A stretch of DNA of 64,000 bases from Fimbriosthenelais zetlandica (lineage: Eukaryota). The notes under the pieces are model-generated. The model was not told where the DNA came from. It made no database searches and was given only the letters and a program-made list of their open reading frames with translations. Location of the stretch: positions 5,766,001 to 5,830,000 of the forward strand of contig OZ365112.1 of the NCBI GenBank assembly GCA_977030845.1, written 5' to 3'. Below, in pieces: positions 30,301 through 42,206 of the stretch; the first letter of the stretch is position 1, and every line of letters begins with the position of its first letter. Position numbers and translations under genes: made by a program.

Positions 30301-33300
30301 ACCAGTACATACAAAGGTCATTCAGGCCTGAATACTCTACACTGAACGTGGCGCTAGACCGTCACTGTTTCACATAACCTAGCTGGGCCTCCTCCAAGAA
30401 CAACTTATAACAACTGTCGGTGGAGTTAATATACCCTATATTTTTTTCAAATATATTTATGAACATATTATATTGTATAATTGTTATTGAAATATTGATT
30501 ATATTGTAAATATAGAATGCGCCCGTATTTCAACTATGGGAATTTAGTACACATTTGATACTGCACGGCATGGGATGCGCGGCATGGTAGTATCCGGCAC
30601 AGGGGCGGGCATGAAACAACTTTCCAGCATTACGTAAGGCCCTTCATATCAATAATGAAATGCTCAGGTTGAAAAACAATAAATGACCCCCCACCCCGAC
30701 CCCTTCCACCCCACACCCAAAGAAGACAAATCTTGGGAAATCACAAAGTTCAGACTTGTCCAGTACATTGTATTCTTTTGGAGGAATTCCAATCCACCCT
30801 CATATCACCTATAGGTTATTATTTCTTTCTATTTATCCATATTCCATTTGCTAATAATTATATCAAGGATTTTTCCCGCTTGGACGACCGTTCAATGGGT
30901 TCACCTGCTTTGAATCATGTATTAATAATATGCTCCTACCATTGCATTGGAACTAATTTGTTATATGGGAATAGAATGGAGGCACCTGCTGTCAATTATG
31001 TAAGAATAATGACAATGTGTCTACCGGGATGAATGGGAGAAGGATGGTACTGTATATATAACAGATTGCTTACCTTGTCATATGGCTTAGCTGAGGCCAC
31101 AACTAGCAGAAGCGTCGCTACCAGTAGCGCCAAGGCACCTTTAGACCCCATGTTCCTGTGGACCAGAAAAGCAAGAAAAAGGCAATTAATAAATCACCCA
31201 ACGGGATTTGAACCCTTGATGCTATGATAGTGCTGTAGTTCTAATTAAGCGGGTGTTTTGTAGAGAGGGAAGAGTGTTTGGGTGCTCTCTAGCTGGTGGT
31301 TGGCAGCAGTGTCTGGTACCAGACTCTATAGCAGTATTGACATCTCTTCTCTTTCCCTCACCCACTGACGGCTTCCAACAATGCTTGCAATGCAGCAGCG
31401 CGACATCCCAGAGCCCCACCCACCCCCCATAGCTCTCCCTCAACCACACTCAATTACCCCTTCACAATATCATTTCTCTGGTATATTTAGTGAATTTCTC
31501 TATTTCTATCAAGACTTACCTTGGGTGGTTGTGATGCCAATATCTAGCCGGGTAATATAGAGTTATGACAAACACAGCGCCGTATCCAACCCCTCCTGCA
31601 GCCTGCACTGCCCAGCCTCACTCTGAGAAGCTCCAGCGTCTGGCCAGAACGAGGCTGGCAGAGAGTTGCTCCAACATGGCGCCCACCAGATGGACTGATC
31701 CCAGTCAGGGGATGATGGGTGCTGCAGCTGGCGCTAGTAGTACAGGCAATGTGGATGAATCACCATCGCCCAAACCATGAATGAGTACTTGGGGGGGATG
31801 GGAGTCGGGGAATGAGAATTCGGGTCGAGGCAAGGTTAATGGAATCATGGCGGACTTTTAAAAGTTTCTTATTCCATGGGATATGGTAAATGCGTTTTAG
31901 AAATACAACATATTTTCGTTATTATAGATTAATTTTTATCTAAAACTAAGCGGGATTAAAACTAAGGGGTGCATCTGGGCAGACGGGTTGGCAAAACATA
32001 AGTCCCCTCGCAATGTTTTTGTCACGAGTGGCGAAGCGTAGCCTAGCTATGAGTTGCTCTCATAATGGTGAGAGCACTGCTATAAATGGAATATTAATTT
32101 TGCTGTTTCCAAATCCTTTTAGGGTTGAGGACTAGCTATCATTCGCATTTGCCGATGTGACATTGTTGTTGGGGAAGGGCCCTCTATTAATTTTTGATAG
32201 TTGTTACTTGTGTTTTTGACAAGGCAACTTGAAGGGTGTGCATGTAATGTGGCAGATAGTGTTTCAGACACGTACATAACCCCTTGTACCTGATAACATT
32301 TGACATATAGACATTAATGGGCTGTGTAGGGTGTCTTAGGGTCGCCCTCTGGTGACATCAGGGTAAAGGGCCATCCTATCACACGACATCCACCCATCGA
32401 AATATGATGGCTTGCATAGGATTCTTGCATGATGCTCTTAATCTTGCTCATATTCCACCTGAGATTCCTTCTTGTCACTGAGTATGGTATACCATCCTCA
32501 TTTTGGTTAAGCACCCCCTAAAGGGCATTTGGACCAAGCAGGGTTTCGTAGGTTGTGGTTAGTGGCTTAAGGGGCACAACTTGCTCACATACCATTTTAG
32601 ACTTTAGTCATATAGAAGCTACAATGACGGTACCAACACAATGGATCTCCATGGTCTCTCTGATATTGGTCTCATTAGTTTTCTATTTTACTCAGTCGTT
32701 GCGTTGTTAATAATGCCAAAATTAATGTCTCAAATGGTTCAGTGGTAACATAAATGATATATACATTTGGGGATAGAAAACTCTAGTATAATGTAGGATT
32801 TTCTCTGGATAAAGACGTCACGTTTTACAGGGAAGCACGGTCAGTGGCCCCCTCTGTTGTATAAAGGCCTAAACCAGCCTCTCCATTGAGGCTTCTCCAT
32901 TGCCGTTGCGTTTTCTTGACGAAAATCACACGTGAAATCTGCATTTTTCAACAGTAGTGAAAGTAATGGTCATAAGTCATAAAGTTTTGAGGTAGACGTT
33001 GTGATATAAATATGGAATACAACTCGACATTGATCTGCTCGATTATCTGAATGTTTTCACCCCTTGAGCGATCCATCTGCTCTCAGAGATCAATGTCTTG
33101 TTGTATTCCATATAATTATGTCACAAACTTTCACAAATTATATATTACATGGACTCAAACTTTTAAACTCGCAACCTGTAACTGACAAATTATGACTCAT
33201 CTCTTTAAGTTAGACTGACATCTTCTATAAGTATGGTCTACAATATCAGATTCTTCAATCCAGTATACGCCTTTATTATAATTTCATCCTTTTTTTCAGA

Positions 33301-33571
33301 TGATCTGATTGGTACGGTACCAAGATATAGTAATGGTTCTTCATACTCCCGCTGGCGATCATCAGGTAGCCGACATCTCCCTCCATCGCCCACTCATCCA
33401 GCCAAGCTATCAGCAGAATCGGTTGAATAAAATAAAGATTTTGCAAGATACCTGTACTGGATTTTATTTTTACATCTGCCTATGCTTTTAGACCTTAAGT
33501 AGAGAAAGAGCCGATTGGAGTGAACTGGCAAACCGGCTCAGCATTCCAAGCAATGTTGAAAAAAATTAATA

Positions 33572-36500
33572 TATGGTCGAATCTCATGAGTTTGGGGATT
33601 ACAAAATTCTGCATTTGCCGCCCAATATCTTGAAAAGGTTTTGGTATTATCTATTTTTATCACTATATCTGAATTCCCCGCATCGAAATCTATCAGGGGA
33701 ACCCCACTTTTGTGTACCTGCGACCAATATTAAGGAAATTACGGCCAAAAATCAACGTTTTGAGGGCGTTTTTTTGTTAAAAATTATTTTTTTCTATCTT
33801 TGCTTTTGTATATTAAAAAAATAATTATGGATGTGATGGTTTATAAGTCTTTTTGAGATTAAAAAATGCCTTGACTATACCTTTGACCATTTCCTTTGGA
33901 AATACGGTGGCTACTCTGTTCACAGGACTGAAAAACATTTTGGGGTAGTTTTCTGTAACGGGCGCGACATGCAAAACTGTTGCCATAGAAACATAATAAA
34001 TAATTGAGATATATATTCAATTCTATTCTCATTTAAAGCATGAATTACCGAAATATTCAGGATAGTGAAAAGGATGTTAATGTGCCTCCGTGTTTTGAAA
34101 CAGGCAACAAAAGAATGACTAAACGTCCTGTTTGGTGTAGTTTAAGCATAACGGGAGCGACCATGTTTAAGTAATTGCTGTCCTCAGTATATTTAAGATT
34201 AGTGAAAAATATCAATACCAGACTTAGAGCTATGTCTAATTTATGTATTCCATACAAAAAAATATTTTTATCATCACATCTTTTTCCAATATAGACTTAA
34301 TATATCAAAGAATAACGGGCGCGACATGCATAACGGGCGCGACATGCTGCCTGATTGTATGTGAAATCCATGCACAGTGAAGGCCTGCATGAAATGCCGC
34401 CCTACGCAGGCACACTACTTCATGTCAACCATAGCAAATTATGTTATGCGCCTAGAAAAATGACATAGAAGTACAGAATTTCCAATTATATCAATCAAAA
34501 AGGGAAATATTGAATTGTGGAATATTGTCCATCATTATATTTCAATGCTAGATATAAGCGGATACAAGTAACATTAGAGAGAGAAAAAATTAAAACAATA
34601 TTACATGTGTGTGAGCTTAAAATAGGGCATGTTCAAAGGCACGAAACATTTTTATAACCTTGTGTTTTGCTTTAGTCTTTGTGCTCAGGTTATCCATGTC
34701 GCGCCCGTTATGAGGAAAGTTTTATATTCAATCAATATAAATGATCAACAATTGTTGGACATGTTTTATAGGGGTTCCATTATAGGTATCGGGACATTCT
34801 TCCTGCTTCATCGCAGTACAAAATCCCCACTAACATGTCCTTATACATCAGTATTTTCTGCTTTGATACATGTTTTTGATCTAATGGTAACAATATACTC
34901 CAACCTATTGTGATTATCTTTGGAAGAAATATATTTATTTAAATAAAAGGTGGGACTTTTCATCTCATAAGTAGTTAATACAATGCATTATTGAACAGAT
35001 CCATTGGTTTTGCGCATTATGTCCATCTTTTCTAAGTGATTATACTGATTATTGTGGCCATGTCGCGCCCGTTATATGTATTACATTGTCTTGTTCAGTA
35101 CATCATTCATAGAGTGATGTAAATTCTATCAGGGAGAGTTGGAAGGGAGAGGGGGAGGTGGAATAGAGGAAAGGGAAGTGTGGAGGGTGATCTTGGAAGG
35201 AGGGAGAAGGGAGAGGGGGAGGAAGAATTGAGGAGGAAGAGATGGATGGTGGAGAGGCGGTGGTTGGGTGGGAGGGAGTGCAGGGGAAGAGGTTTTCTAG
35301 GGCCGGTGATCTAGGAAGGAGAGGGGAATGTGGGGTGGGGAGGAAGAACTGAGGGAGGGGAAGATGTGTAGGGTGGGGAAGTCGAGGGGAACGGGGTATA
35401 TTAGATTGGGTGGGTGTCATTTAGCACAGTTACAATGTTACACCAGTTTACCACTAAATAATTCCTCTAAAATTTCAGTTTAAATAATTCTCAAACATCA
35501 TCCAAGTCTAACCCTTCATGTAACAGTATCACTATATGAACCACGATATTTTAAATTATAAAAGGCCTATAATTTAAATTATAAAAGGCCTATAAGGCCT
35601 ATATAATAACTCAATGACTCAAAATACAGATTTTTTTTAGGGAAATGGTTTTCCCGGAGTGTGAGTTATACACCCGGGGTTATACATGTATACGAAAAAG
35701 GAAAAATAGTAAATTGGGAAAACGAATGACGAAGTTAATCCTTCACAGTTTCCTTATTTCTGATCGAATTTGTATAAAGTAAATTCATTTTATGATGTCA
35801 GATTCTTTTCATTAGGAAGGCAGATTATTTTTTCATTAGGAAGGCAGATTAATATTTCTGTTTTCTCCTTGGCCGATTGCATGGTAGCAGTCCAAAGCAA
35901 ATGGACCTCTTGAAACTTTTACTTCAAAATTTAATTATATTAAAGATAATATTAAAGTTTTAGTCAATATGTGATTTTTACATCAATATGGCCAAATTGA
36001 ATGGTTTTATATATTCATAGACGTTCTATGTCTATGATATATTCTACGAACAGTAACGGGCGCGACATGGAATTATTACACTCACAGATGAATAAGAAAA
36101 TGGATATGTATCGGAAACATAGGCAAAAAATGAGAGGAGCTCCTAAATGTGTCCAGTCAAGTTACCATCTCAAATATAGACTCTAAAATGACATGGTAAC
36201 AGAAATAGGAACTACCTCCTAAATTGAACATAATTATTACCTAAATAATATAAGATTTCCCCCCCAAAAAAGAACTGTAGCAAATGAAAATGTGTTTAGA
36301 ATTGTAGCACAAAAGTGAGAAAGTAAAAAGGACATAAAACAATTTTTCTATTTGATCATGGTACATCAGGGAATGTGAAATACATCCATACATTCAGTTA
36401 TGATAAAATTAATTGAAGTGTAACGGGCGCGACATGCCTCCTTAATTCCCATATAGAATATTGGCAAATACATGGATGAATTTAAGTTTTTAGCATCTAT

Positions 36501-36988
36501 AAGGTATTGACCTTCCTCATATAATCATGGAATTAAATTAATATAACACTAATTTTCTACTCGGTAAGCAAAACTGACGTGAAGTGATGTTACGCAGACC
36601 CAGGAATAGTGAAATCGTCTGTAAACTTCATAAAACCATATCATAGAATAAATTATGTCTTAGATTATAAAATTGAAGGTCAAATGCTTGTTTAAATCAT
36701 GTATTTCATTATTAAAGTGTACAAATGAGCGCGACTATAGAATATATTTAGTAAAATCTATATAACTCATTCAATAGCAGACCATGTCGCGCCCGTTACA
36801 TGGATTTCAAGGGTATTCTTTCATCAGTCTGCCCTATAGTTAATTTTAAAAATTAGTGTTCCCAACTTTCCACGGAATTAGGGCGAGGCATGCAGTTTTC
36901 ATTGTTATTCATGATTTAATAATAATAGGTAAATTATTTTTTGCCATATCTGAGATTGTAATCCCCAAACTCATGAGATTCGACCATA
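33572..36988. mobile_element. 3.4-kb non-autonomous DNA transposon with perfect 33-bp TIRs and TA (or TATA) target duplication
   Basis: TATGGTCGAATCTCATGAGTTTGGGGATTACAA at 33572-33604 and its exact reverse complement at 36956-36988, with TA on both outer flanks. No transposase ORF inside; eight internal copies of TAACGGGCGCGACATG. Confidence 0.85.
33956..36798. repeat. Dispersed exact 16-bp motif TAACGGGCGCGACATG, 8 copies plus 1 variant
   Basis: Plus orientation at 33956, 34313, 34331, 36054, 36421; minus orientation at 34695, 35059, 36783; variant TAACGGGAGCGACCATG at 34149. Confidence 0.95.
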
Positions 36989-37090
36989 TACAGACCCACC
37001 GCCCCCTACTCCCAAAAACAAAGCCAACATCAACACAGCTAAGCCGTATATAATGTGTAGTGATGCAGGAATCAGTGAAAAGTGTTTTGC

Positions 37091-37158
37091 AATACAGGGA
37101 ATCGAACCTCAATCTGTCGCGTTCCAGTCCAGTGTCTTACCTCTAGACTACCTGTCTT
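37091..37158 (-). pseudogene. Degenerate tRNA-derived sequence (copy A of 40391-40460)
   Basis: Minus strand GGTAGTCTAGAGGTAAGAC...GAGGTTCGATTCCC retains the D-arm/A-box and the B-box. The anticodon and T stems are decayed. Confidence 0.6.
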
Positions 37159-37239
37159 ATAGCTTGCTACCCTACACTACATGCGCCGAATTTAGCCTGA
37201 TCCGCCCTAGCCAAGGCTAAGTCACAATATAATTTTTTG

Positions 37240-38100
37240 GCCCCGACCACTCCCCGGTCCCCAACCACCCCAAACCCCAAGTCTAGGCCTACCACCGGCA
37301 CTCCCATCAACTCCCTCCAAACACCCCAGTCCGATTTGAAACCGCTAACCTGTCAAAATACCTTGGAATAGGCCACTGTGTTGGTACTGCCCATAGGCTC
37401 CAATGTTAAAAATTATTTAGCCCCCCGGACCCCTCCCAGGCCCCCAACCTCCACCCCGAGCCCCATGCCTGCCCCCGGCACCCACCCCAACTCTCTCCTA
37501 AAAATTCAGCCCGTTTCAAAAAGGCTAACATGTCTAAATCTATTGAATTCTGCAAAAGTGTCCCGCCCATAGGCGCAATGTTAAAAATCACTCACGATTA
37601 CAGGAATGTGTGCTACAAAGCCGATTTACCAGTCCACTACAATCGGCTTTTACTCTACCTAATACATATTATTTTCACTCAAGACCACGGTTATGTATAA
37701 CTTATGACATCTACTGATAAATCTCAAAAGATCGAAGACGAAAGACGTGGAAAAATCCGATTTCTGCGAAGTTGACAAGTCGGCCGTGCGTATACAGGCC
37801 TATAATTTGGCCTTTTAAAAACCTTAACAGCGCCCTCTCACTAAAAGTCGAATAAGTTGAATAACTCTGTAAATAATCGTTCTAAAATTACAATTCAAAC
37901 GGATTATTCTTAGTTGGAAGCATCTCCAAGTATCCATATGGTTTTTGTTCAAGTAAACTTTATTTAAAATTTCGACTTTTGAAAATGCAGCCAAATGAGG
38001 TCTTTAGCATTGGACTCTATGGAAGAACAAGCCAGAGCGTTTGAAGCGACCCCGAGATTTATAGCGGCAAAAAGATGAACTACACTACTATGATCTACCC
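37240..38100. repeat. Composite repeat unit, copy A (direct repeat of ~40540-41389)
   Basis: 37331-38100 aligns by eye to 40621-41389 at a constant offset of ~3290 bp, with long identical stretches. Confidence 0.9.
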
Positions 38101-39204
38101 AAGGATACAACGCTCTCAACTCCTGGCTGATATCAGAGTGGGTGGGATTGTTTGGTATGGGGAGTGGGTCAGATTTGTGCTGGGATTTAGGGATGGGGCG
38201 GGGGGGCTAAATAACATCGAGCAAAATTGTATGTGTTTTTTTTTTATTTCTTTATTTTCTCGAAAACTAAGGGGTCTAAAATTAGGGGAAATCTTAGTTG
38301 AGAGCCGAAGTATGGTAGTACACACTTTTTGAATGAATAAAATTGATTTAAAACTTGAGATTTTGAAAATGTGCTGATTTTTCGGGGTTGACACCGCCAA
38401 TGCTAAATCGTCTAATAACTTCACTGAAACTGGATAGAGAGAGCACTGGTAGTTCACCTAGTCGCCGCTGCAACTCGGGTCGCCACTTTCGCGCTTGCTG
38501 CTTCTTCCATTGGGATCAATGCTGAGGGTGAAAATTCGGTCAATTTTGAAAATCGAAAGTTTTAAATCAACTTTATTGATTCAAAAGGTATGTCCTAACC
38601 TAGTTCGGCTCCCAACTAAGAATATTCCGAAGAGATCGTAATTTTAGGCCCGGTAGTTTTCGAGAAATTAGAAAAATAAAAAAATCGTCATTTTTATGAA
38701 CTACTCACAATCGATCGAGGCGCGCATAATTAAGGCCACTAGAGGAACTAAGCTCCATTCAGTTGAAGTTGGCCTTTTAGTTTCGTATTTACTTAGATCA
38801 CCAACTAGACATTATCCCACAGAGGTAAAAATACGCAGTGATATACTTTTTCGATGTCCGAGTTTTGACACTGATTTGACAAGTCCTTGTCCTCCTATAT
38901 TTGATGTTTAGTTTCATTCCAGTCGTGAGTTTCGGAGAGTGGGTGGGCGGGTGGTCCAAGTTACTGCGCACTGAAGCATGAGAGGGGGTAGGTGCATGTC
39001 CCCAGCTTGTCATCTGTGCATAGGCCTATACCTTTGCATAGCATACCAATACATAACGCTTCAGTGGTCAGAGAGCTTCAAGAGGCCACGGGTGGGAGGT
39101 TCGCAGAGTCACATTGAGGGGCACTGAAGGGGTGTGGCATTGGATACAGAGAACGGAGAGAGCGGAGAATGAAGAGGACAGAGGAAGAGAGACGCCGCAA
39201 GGCA

Positions 39205-39206
<2 letters not shown>

Positions 39207-39281
<75 letters not shown>
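39207..39281. repeat. (AT)n microsatellite at the 5' junction of the Penelope-like element
   Basis: Perfect AT run of ~37 units. Confidence 0.95.
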
Positions 39282-39286
<5 letters not shown>

Positions 39287-40299
39287 GATGAGTAGATTTC
39301 TGAGTGAAGTGATATTCCTCTCAGAGATAAAAGACTATTGGAGCTCCACCAATACCTTCTCAAACGGAAATACCCAACCACCCTCATAGATGCAGGAATA
39401 GAAAAAGCTAAATCACTTCGCATGGAGGAATTACGTTCTCCAAACACTGAGAGGGTTCAAGAAAATACAAACACTTTAACTTTTGTCAACACAATGAACC
39501 CAAAACACTGTAACATGTTCAAAACCCTAAAAGACAACATGACCATCATGGAAAACAATGACATTATGAAACAGATTATGAACAACACAACATTTATTAA
39601 TGGCAAGAGGCAAGCCCCCAATCTTAAAAAACTACTAACTAGGGCGAAGTTTGAGAACACCTGCCAAACTGTAGGTGTTACTAAATGTGGTCAAGCAAGA
39701 TGCCTTGCATGTAAATATATCATAGAAGGCGAATCATTTAATTTCCATAAAGCTAATTTCAACTTCAAAGTACAGTCAGCACTTAACTGTAACTCAAGCA
39801 ATGTATTATATGTGCTAATTTGCCAAGGTTGTAAACAATATTACATTGGTAAGACTAAAACTGCTCTGAGATTTAGACTGAATAACCACAGATCTCACGT
39901 AAACAACCCACAAAATGCTATTCTTTATTGTAGTCGCCATTTTGCTGCATGTGCCTCTCAACATGAAATTAAAATGAGAGTCATGCCATTTTATCAAGTC
40001 CATTCGTCAAATGATGACCTATTAACTGTCAAAGAACATTATTTCATTGAAAAGCTAAAACCAAGCCTAAACAGGGAATAATAACGAAGCCAGTAACTAT
40101 AGCTTCCTGGGCTATGACGCCCCATTGTAGCTTTCTAACATGTAAAAATGGACTATATGTCAAAGCCTGTATATTACAATGTGTATATATATGTAATTTA
40201 TTTCATACTTTAGCAGAAACTGGTGTGATGATCGCTTAAAAGCGAGAAAGTACTTCCACAATAAATAATGAAAAGCACATTTTTGCCATTCATTTTTTG
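39282..40299 (+). mobile_element. 5'-truncated Penelope-like retroelement (Neptune-type): RT C-terminus/linker, Cys-rich motif and GIY-YIG endonuclease
   Basis: Open frame 39308-40081 (ORF track 39338-40081) contains RDKRLLELHQYLLKRKYP, RQAPNLKKLLTRAKF, KCGQARCLAC, LNCNSSNVLYVLICQGCKQYYIGKTKTALRFRLNNHRSHV and LTVKEHYFIEKLKPSLNRE. These are typical PLE GIY-YIG features; the Cys-rich linker marks the Neptune group. No RT catalytic core is present. Confidence 0.9.
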
Positions 40300-40324
40300 A
40301 TATATATATATATATATATATATA
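40300..40324. repeat. (AT)n microsatellite at the 3' junction of the Penelope-like element
   Basis: AT run immediately after the element's 3' UTR. Confidence 0.95.
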
Positions 40325-40390
40325 CTCCTCTCATCAGCAACTCAAACAACCAAAGCCAAAATCAACACTCTAAGCAGCGAAAAGTGATTT

Positions 40391-40460
40391 ACAAGACCGG
40401 GATTCGAACCCCGGTCTCTCGCACTCCAGGCGAGAGTCTTACCTCTAGACTACCACGCTC
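40391..40460 (-). pseudogene. tRNA-derived (tRNA-Pro-like body, GGA in anticodon position) Pol III-type sequence; SINE-like head or tRNA pseudogene
   Basis: Minus strand GAGCGTGGTAGTCTAGAGGTAAGACTCTCGCCTGGAGTGCGAGAGACCGGGGTTCGAATCCCGGTCTTGT. D arm GTCT/AGAC and anticodon arm CTCGC/GCGAG pair perfectly and the TTCGAAT T-loop is present, but the acceptor stem is poorly paired. Confidence 0.75.
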
Positions 40461-40539
40461 ACACACACAATCTGCCTTTCAGGTCATTGCAGGACACTCC
40501 CTCAAATTTGAAGGCTCAATCACAATGTTTATAATTAGC

Positions 40540-41389
40540 TCGCCCCCCGGGCCCCTCCCCGTCCCCCAACCCCATGTCCACCCTCCAGCGGTCCCATCAA
40601 CCCCCTCCAAAAACCTCAGTCCGATTTCAAACGGCTAACCTGTTAAAATCCCTTGGAATAGGCCACTGTGTTGGTACTGCCCATAGGCTCCAATGTTAAA
40701 AATTATTTAGCCCCCCGGACCCCTCCCAGGCCCCCAACCTCCACCCCGAGCCCCATGTCTACCCCCGGCACCCACCCCAACTCCCTCCTAAAAATCCAGC
40801 CCGATTCGAAAAGGCTAACATGTCTAAATCTATTGAATTCTGCAAAAGTGTCCCGCCCATAGGCGCAATGTTAAAAATCACTCACGATTACAGGAATGTG
40901 TGCTACAAAGCCGATTTACCAGTCCACTACAATCGGCTTTTACTCTACCTAATACATATTATTTTCACTCAAGACCACGGTTATGTGTAACTTATGACCT
41001 CTACTAATAAATCTCAAAAGAGCGGAGATGAAAGACGTGGAAAACCTCGATTTTTGCGAAGTTGACAAATCGGCCGCGCGTATACAGGCCTATAATTTGG
41101 CCTTTTAAAAACCTTAACAGCGCCCTCTCACTAAAAGTCGAAAAAGTTGAATAACTCTGTAAATAATAGGTCTAAAATTACAATTCAAACGGATTATTCT
41201 TAGTTGGAAGCATCTCCAAGTATCCATGTGGTTTTTGATCAATTAAACCTTATTTAAAATTTCGATTTTTGAAAATGATACCAATTTGAGGTCTTAGCAT
41301 TGGACTCTATGGGAGGAGGAAGCCGAGCGACCGAAGCGACCCCAAATTTCCAGCGGCAGAAAGGTGAACTATTCTACTATGATCTACCC
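40540..41389. repeat. Composite repeat unit, copy B
   Basis: Direct repeat of 37240-38100. The downstream block 41746-41865 also repeats 39055-39190. Confidence 0.9.
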
Positions 41390-42206
41390 AACCCACCGAG
41401 AAGGGAGTAGAGAGCATTGGCGAGATTATAGTGCTGTAGTTCACCGATTCGCCGCTGGAAATTTCGGGTCGCTTCAACCGCGCTAGCTTGCTCTTCCATA
41501 GAGTTCAATGCTACAGACATCAAATTGAGTTCATTTTCAAAATCCGAAATTTTAAATCAATTTTCTCGCTTCAAAAACCTGGCCACTATTTAGAATACCT
41601 CACAACTAAGGAAAATCCGTTTAGTTTGTATTTTTAGACCCCTTAATTGCGGAGATATTCAACCTTTCAAAAATCGAGCTGCAAAGGATCATGGGAGGAG
41701 GCAAACTTGGAGAGAAAATTGGCCAGAAATAGCCTCAACTTTTTCAACGCATCAGTGGTCAGAGAGCTTCAAGAGGCCACGGGTGGGAGGTTTGCAGAGC
41801 CAGGGGGCACTGAAGGGGCGTGGCATTGGACACGGAGAAGGAGAGCACGGAGAAGGAAGAAGACAGAAAAAATATGGCAATGCCTTTTATTTCTTTTATT
41901 TCTCGAGAACTACTGGGCCTAAAATTACCGGTACAGTCTAAACGGAAAAATGTCTGATTCCATAATTATAGTTCCACTGTGGTACAGCAGAAGCCCGAGG
42001 CGGCGGCAGCAGAAGACGTTATAAGAAAGTGTTGTTATAAATGAGTCTGTATATGTGTCATTTTCGGGATATGATATTATGAAAATGCCAACCATTTATG
42101 CATATCAAATAAGACTAGATAGGCATATATCGATAGAACAGCGAAATGTATCACCGGTCTCCTCATATTTGATGAATGGTGCTGTATATTAGGCCTATTA
42201 TAGCAA

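Noticed and set aside
7437-35420. ORFs rich in Leu/Ser/Pro at 7437, 12849, 16070, 25557, 26067, 27049 and 35103
   Set aside because: Translations of CT- or GA-rich simple repeats, not genes.
33956-36798. CRISPR array interpretation of the repeat-plus-unique-spacer pattern
   Set aside because: The repeats are only 16 bp, in mixed orientation and ~350 bp apart, in a eukaryotic transposon with no cas genes.
40391-40460. Functional tRNA-Ser(GGA) gene
   Set aside because: The acceptor stem has two mismatches and three G-U pairs, the T stem has a mismatch, the body is tRNA-Pro-like and it lies within a duplicated repeat.
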